Shown piece after piece: positions 43,104 through 43,253 of a stretch of DNA of 43,253 bases. Each line of letters opens with the position of its first letter. Positions within the stretch are counted from its first letter, which is position 1. The DNA is from an uncultured Planctomycetia bacterium (GTDB lineage Bacteria > Omnitrophota > Gorgyraeia > Gorgyraeales > Gorgyraeaceae). The stretch covers positions 1-43,253 of the forward strand of contig CAYZNX010000001.1 in assembly GCA_964479825.1 (NCBI GenBank), read 5' to 3'. The translations under genes and the position numbers were made by a program. The notes under the pieces are model-generated. The model did not search any database. It saw nothing but the letters and a program-made list of their open reading frames with translations, and was not told where the DNA came from.

Positions 43104-43205
43104 GTTTTTCGATGTTCAAAATGTGACTCTTTAGAATATTGTAAACCTGATATCATTGATGATTACGCAGAGATGCTGCTTGAGAAATATAAAGATTTGT
43201 CATAA
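43104..43205 (+). pseudogene. 3'-terminal remnant of a third SPASM-type radical SAM paralog
   Basis: It translates to ...CSKCDSLEYCKPDIIDDYAEMLLEKYKDLS*, against CGKCDALEYCEPDIIDDYADMLLERYKDLP* at the end of 39558..40574. An in-frame TGA at 43101-43103 and non-homologous DNA lie upstream. Confidence 0.7.
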
Positions 43206-43221
43206 TTAAAAAGGGTATAAA

Positions 43222-43253
43222 ATGAAAGATAAACACATATTTATTACTGGGGG
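43222..43253 (+). CDS. 5' end of an ORF truncated by the window, possibly an SDR-type epimerase/dehydratase
   Basis: The ATG at 43222 translates to MKDKHIFITGG, which looks like the start of a Gly-rich dinucleotide-binding motif. Only 10 codons are visible. Confidence 0.3.
   Translation, partial: MKDKHIFITG

Overview
All supported genes are on the + strand. They form a tightly packed locus of about 43 kb for surface-glycan and activated-sugar biosynthesis, with many ATGA-type start/stop overlaps, in an AT-rich genome. I see no rRNA, tRNA or CRISPR array.

Modules in order:
1. A small accessory pair behind a near-consensus promoter: a tiny ORF plus a nucleotidyltransferase-fold protein.
2. 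A MarR/EPS-type regulator.
3. A heptose-nucleotide module: two RfaE-domain-II-like adenylyltransferase domains, a PfkB kinase, GmhA and a split transketolase.
4. A tailoring block of radical-SAM enzymes, methyltransferases, a class III aminotransferase and a WbuC-like cupin.
5. A putative glycosyltransferase plus an MsbA/PglK-like ABC exporter.
6. A complete six-gene nonulosonic-acid pathway of legionaminic type.
7. A large polytopic membrane protein.
8. CDP-glucose synthesis and 4,6-dehydration (rfbF and rfbG).
9. A compositionally distinct, GC-richer block at about 30.0-38.0 kb with its own promoter. It encodes a second, short NeuB-like synthase, an acetolactate-synthase-like ThDP enzyme, a KdsC-like phosphatase, a WcaH-like Nudix hydrolase, three radical-SAM enzymes and a TylC3-like sugar C-methyltransferase.
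10. More radical-SAM genes, an IS200-like transposase remnant, a GT2 glycosyltransferase and a gene-3' remnant.

The standout feature is ten radical-SAM enzymes in one glycan locus. Three are cobalamin-binding type and seven have Cys-rich SPASM/twitch-like tails. They sit in paralogous sets alongside four class I SAM methyltransferases. I read this as a candidate undescribed radical sugar-tailoring system.

Also noted:
- dispersed GC-rich MITE-like repeats
- a highly structured GATTACAG-repeat intergenic region
- a possible homopolymer frameshift
- signs of cassette insertion and recombination near the 3' end

Every function is inferred by eye from motifs. No database search was run.
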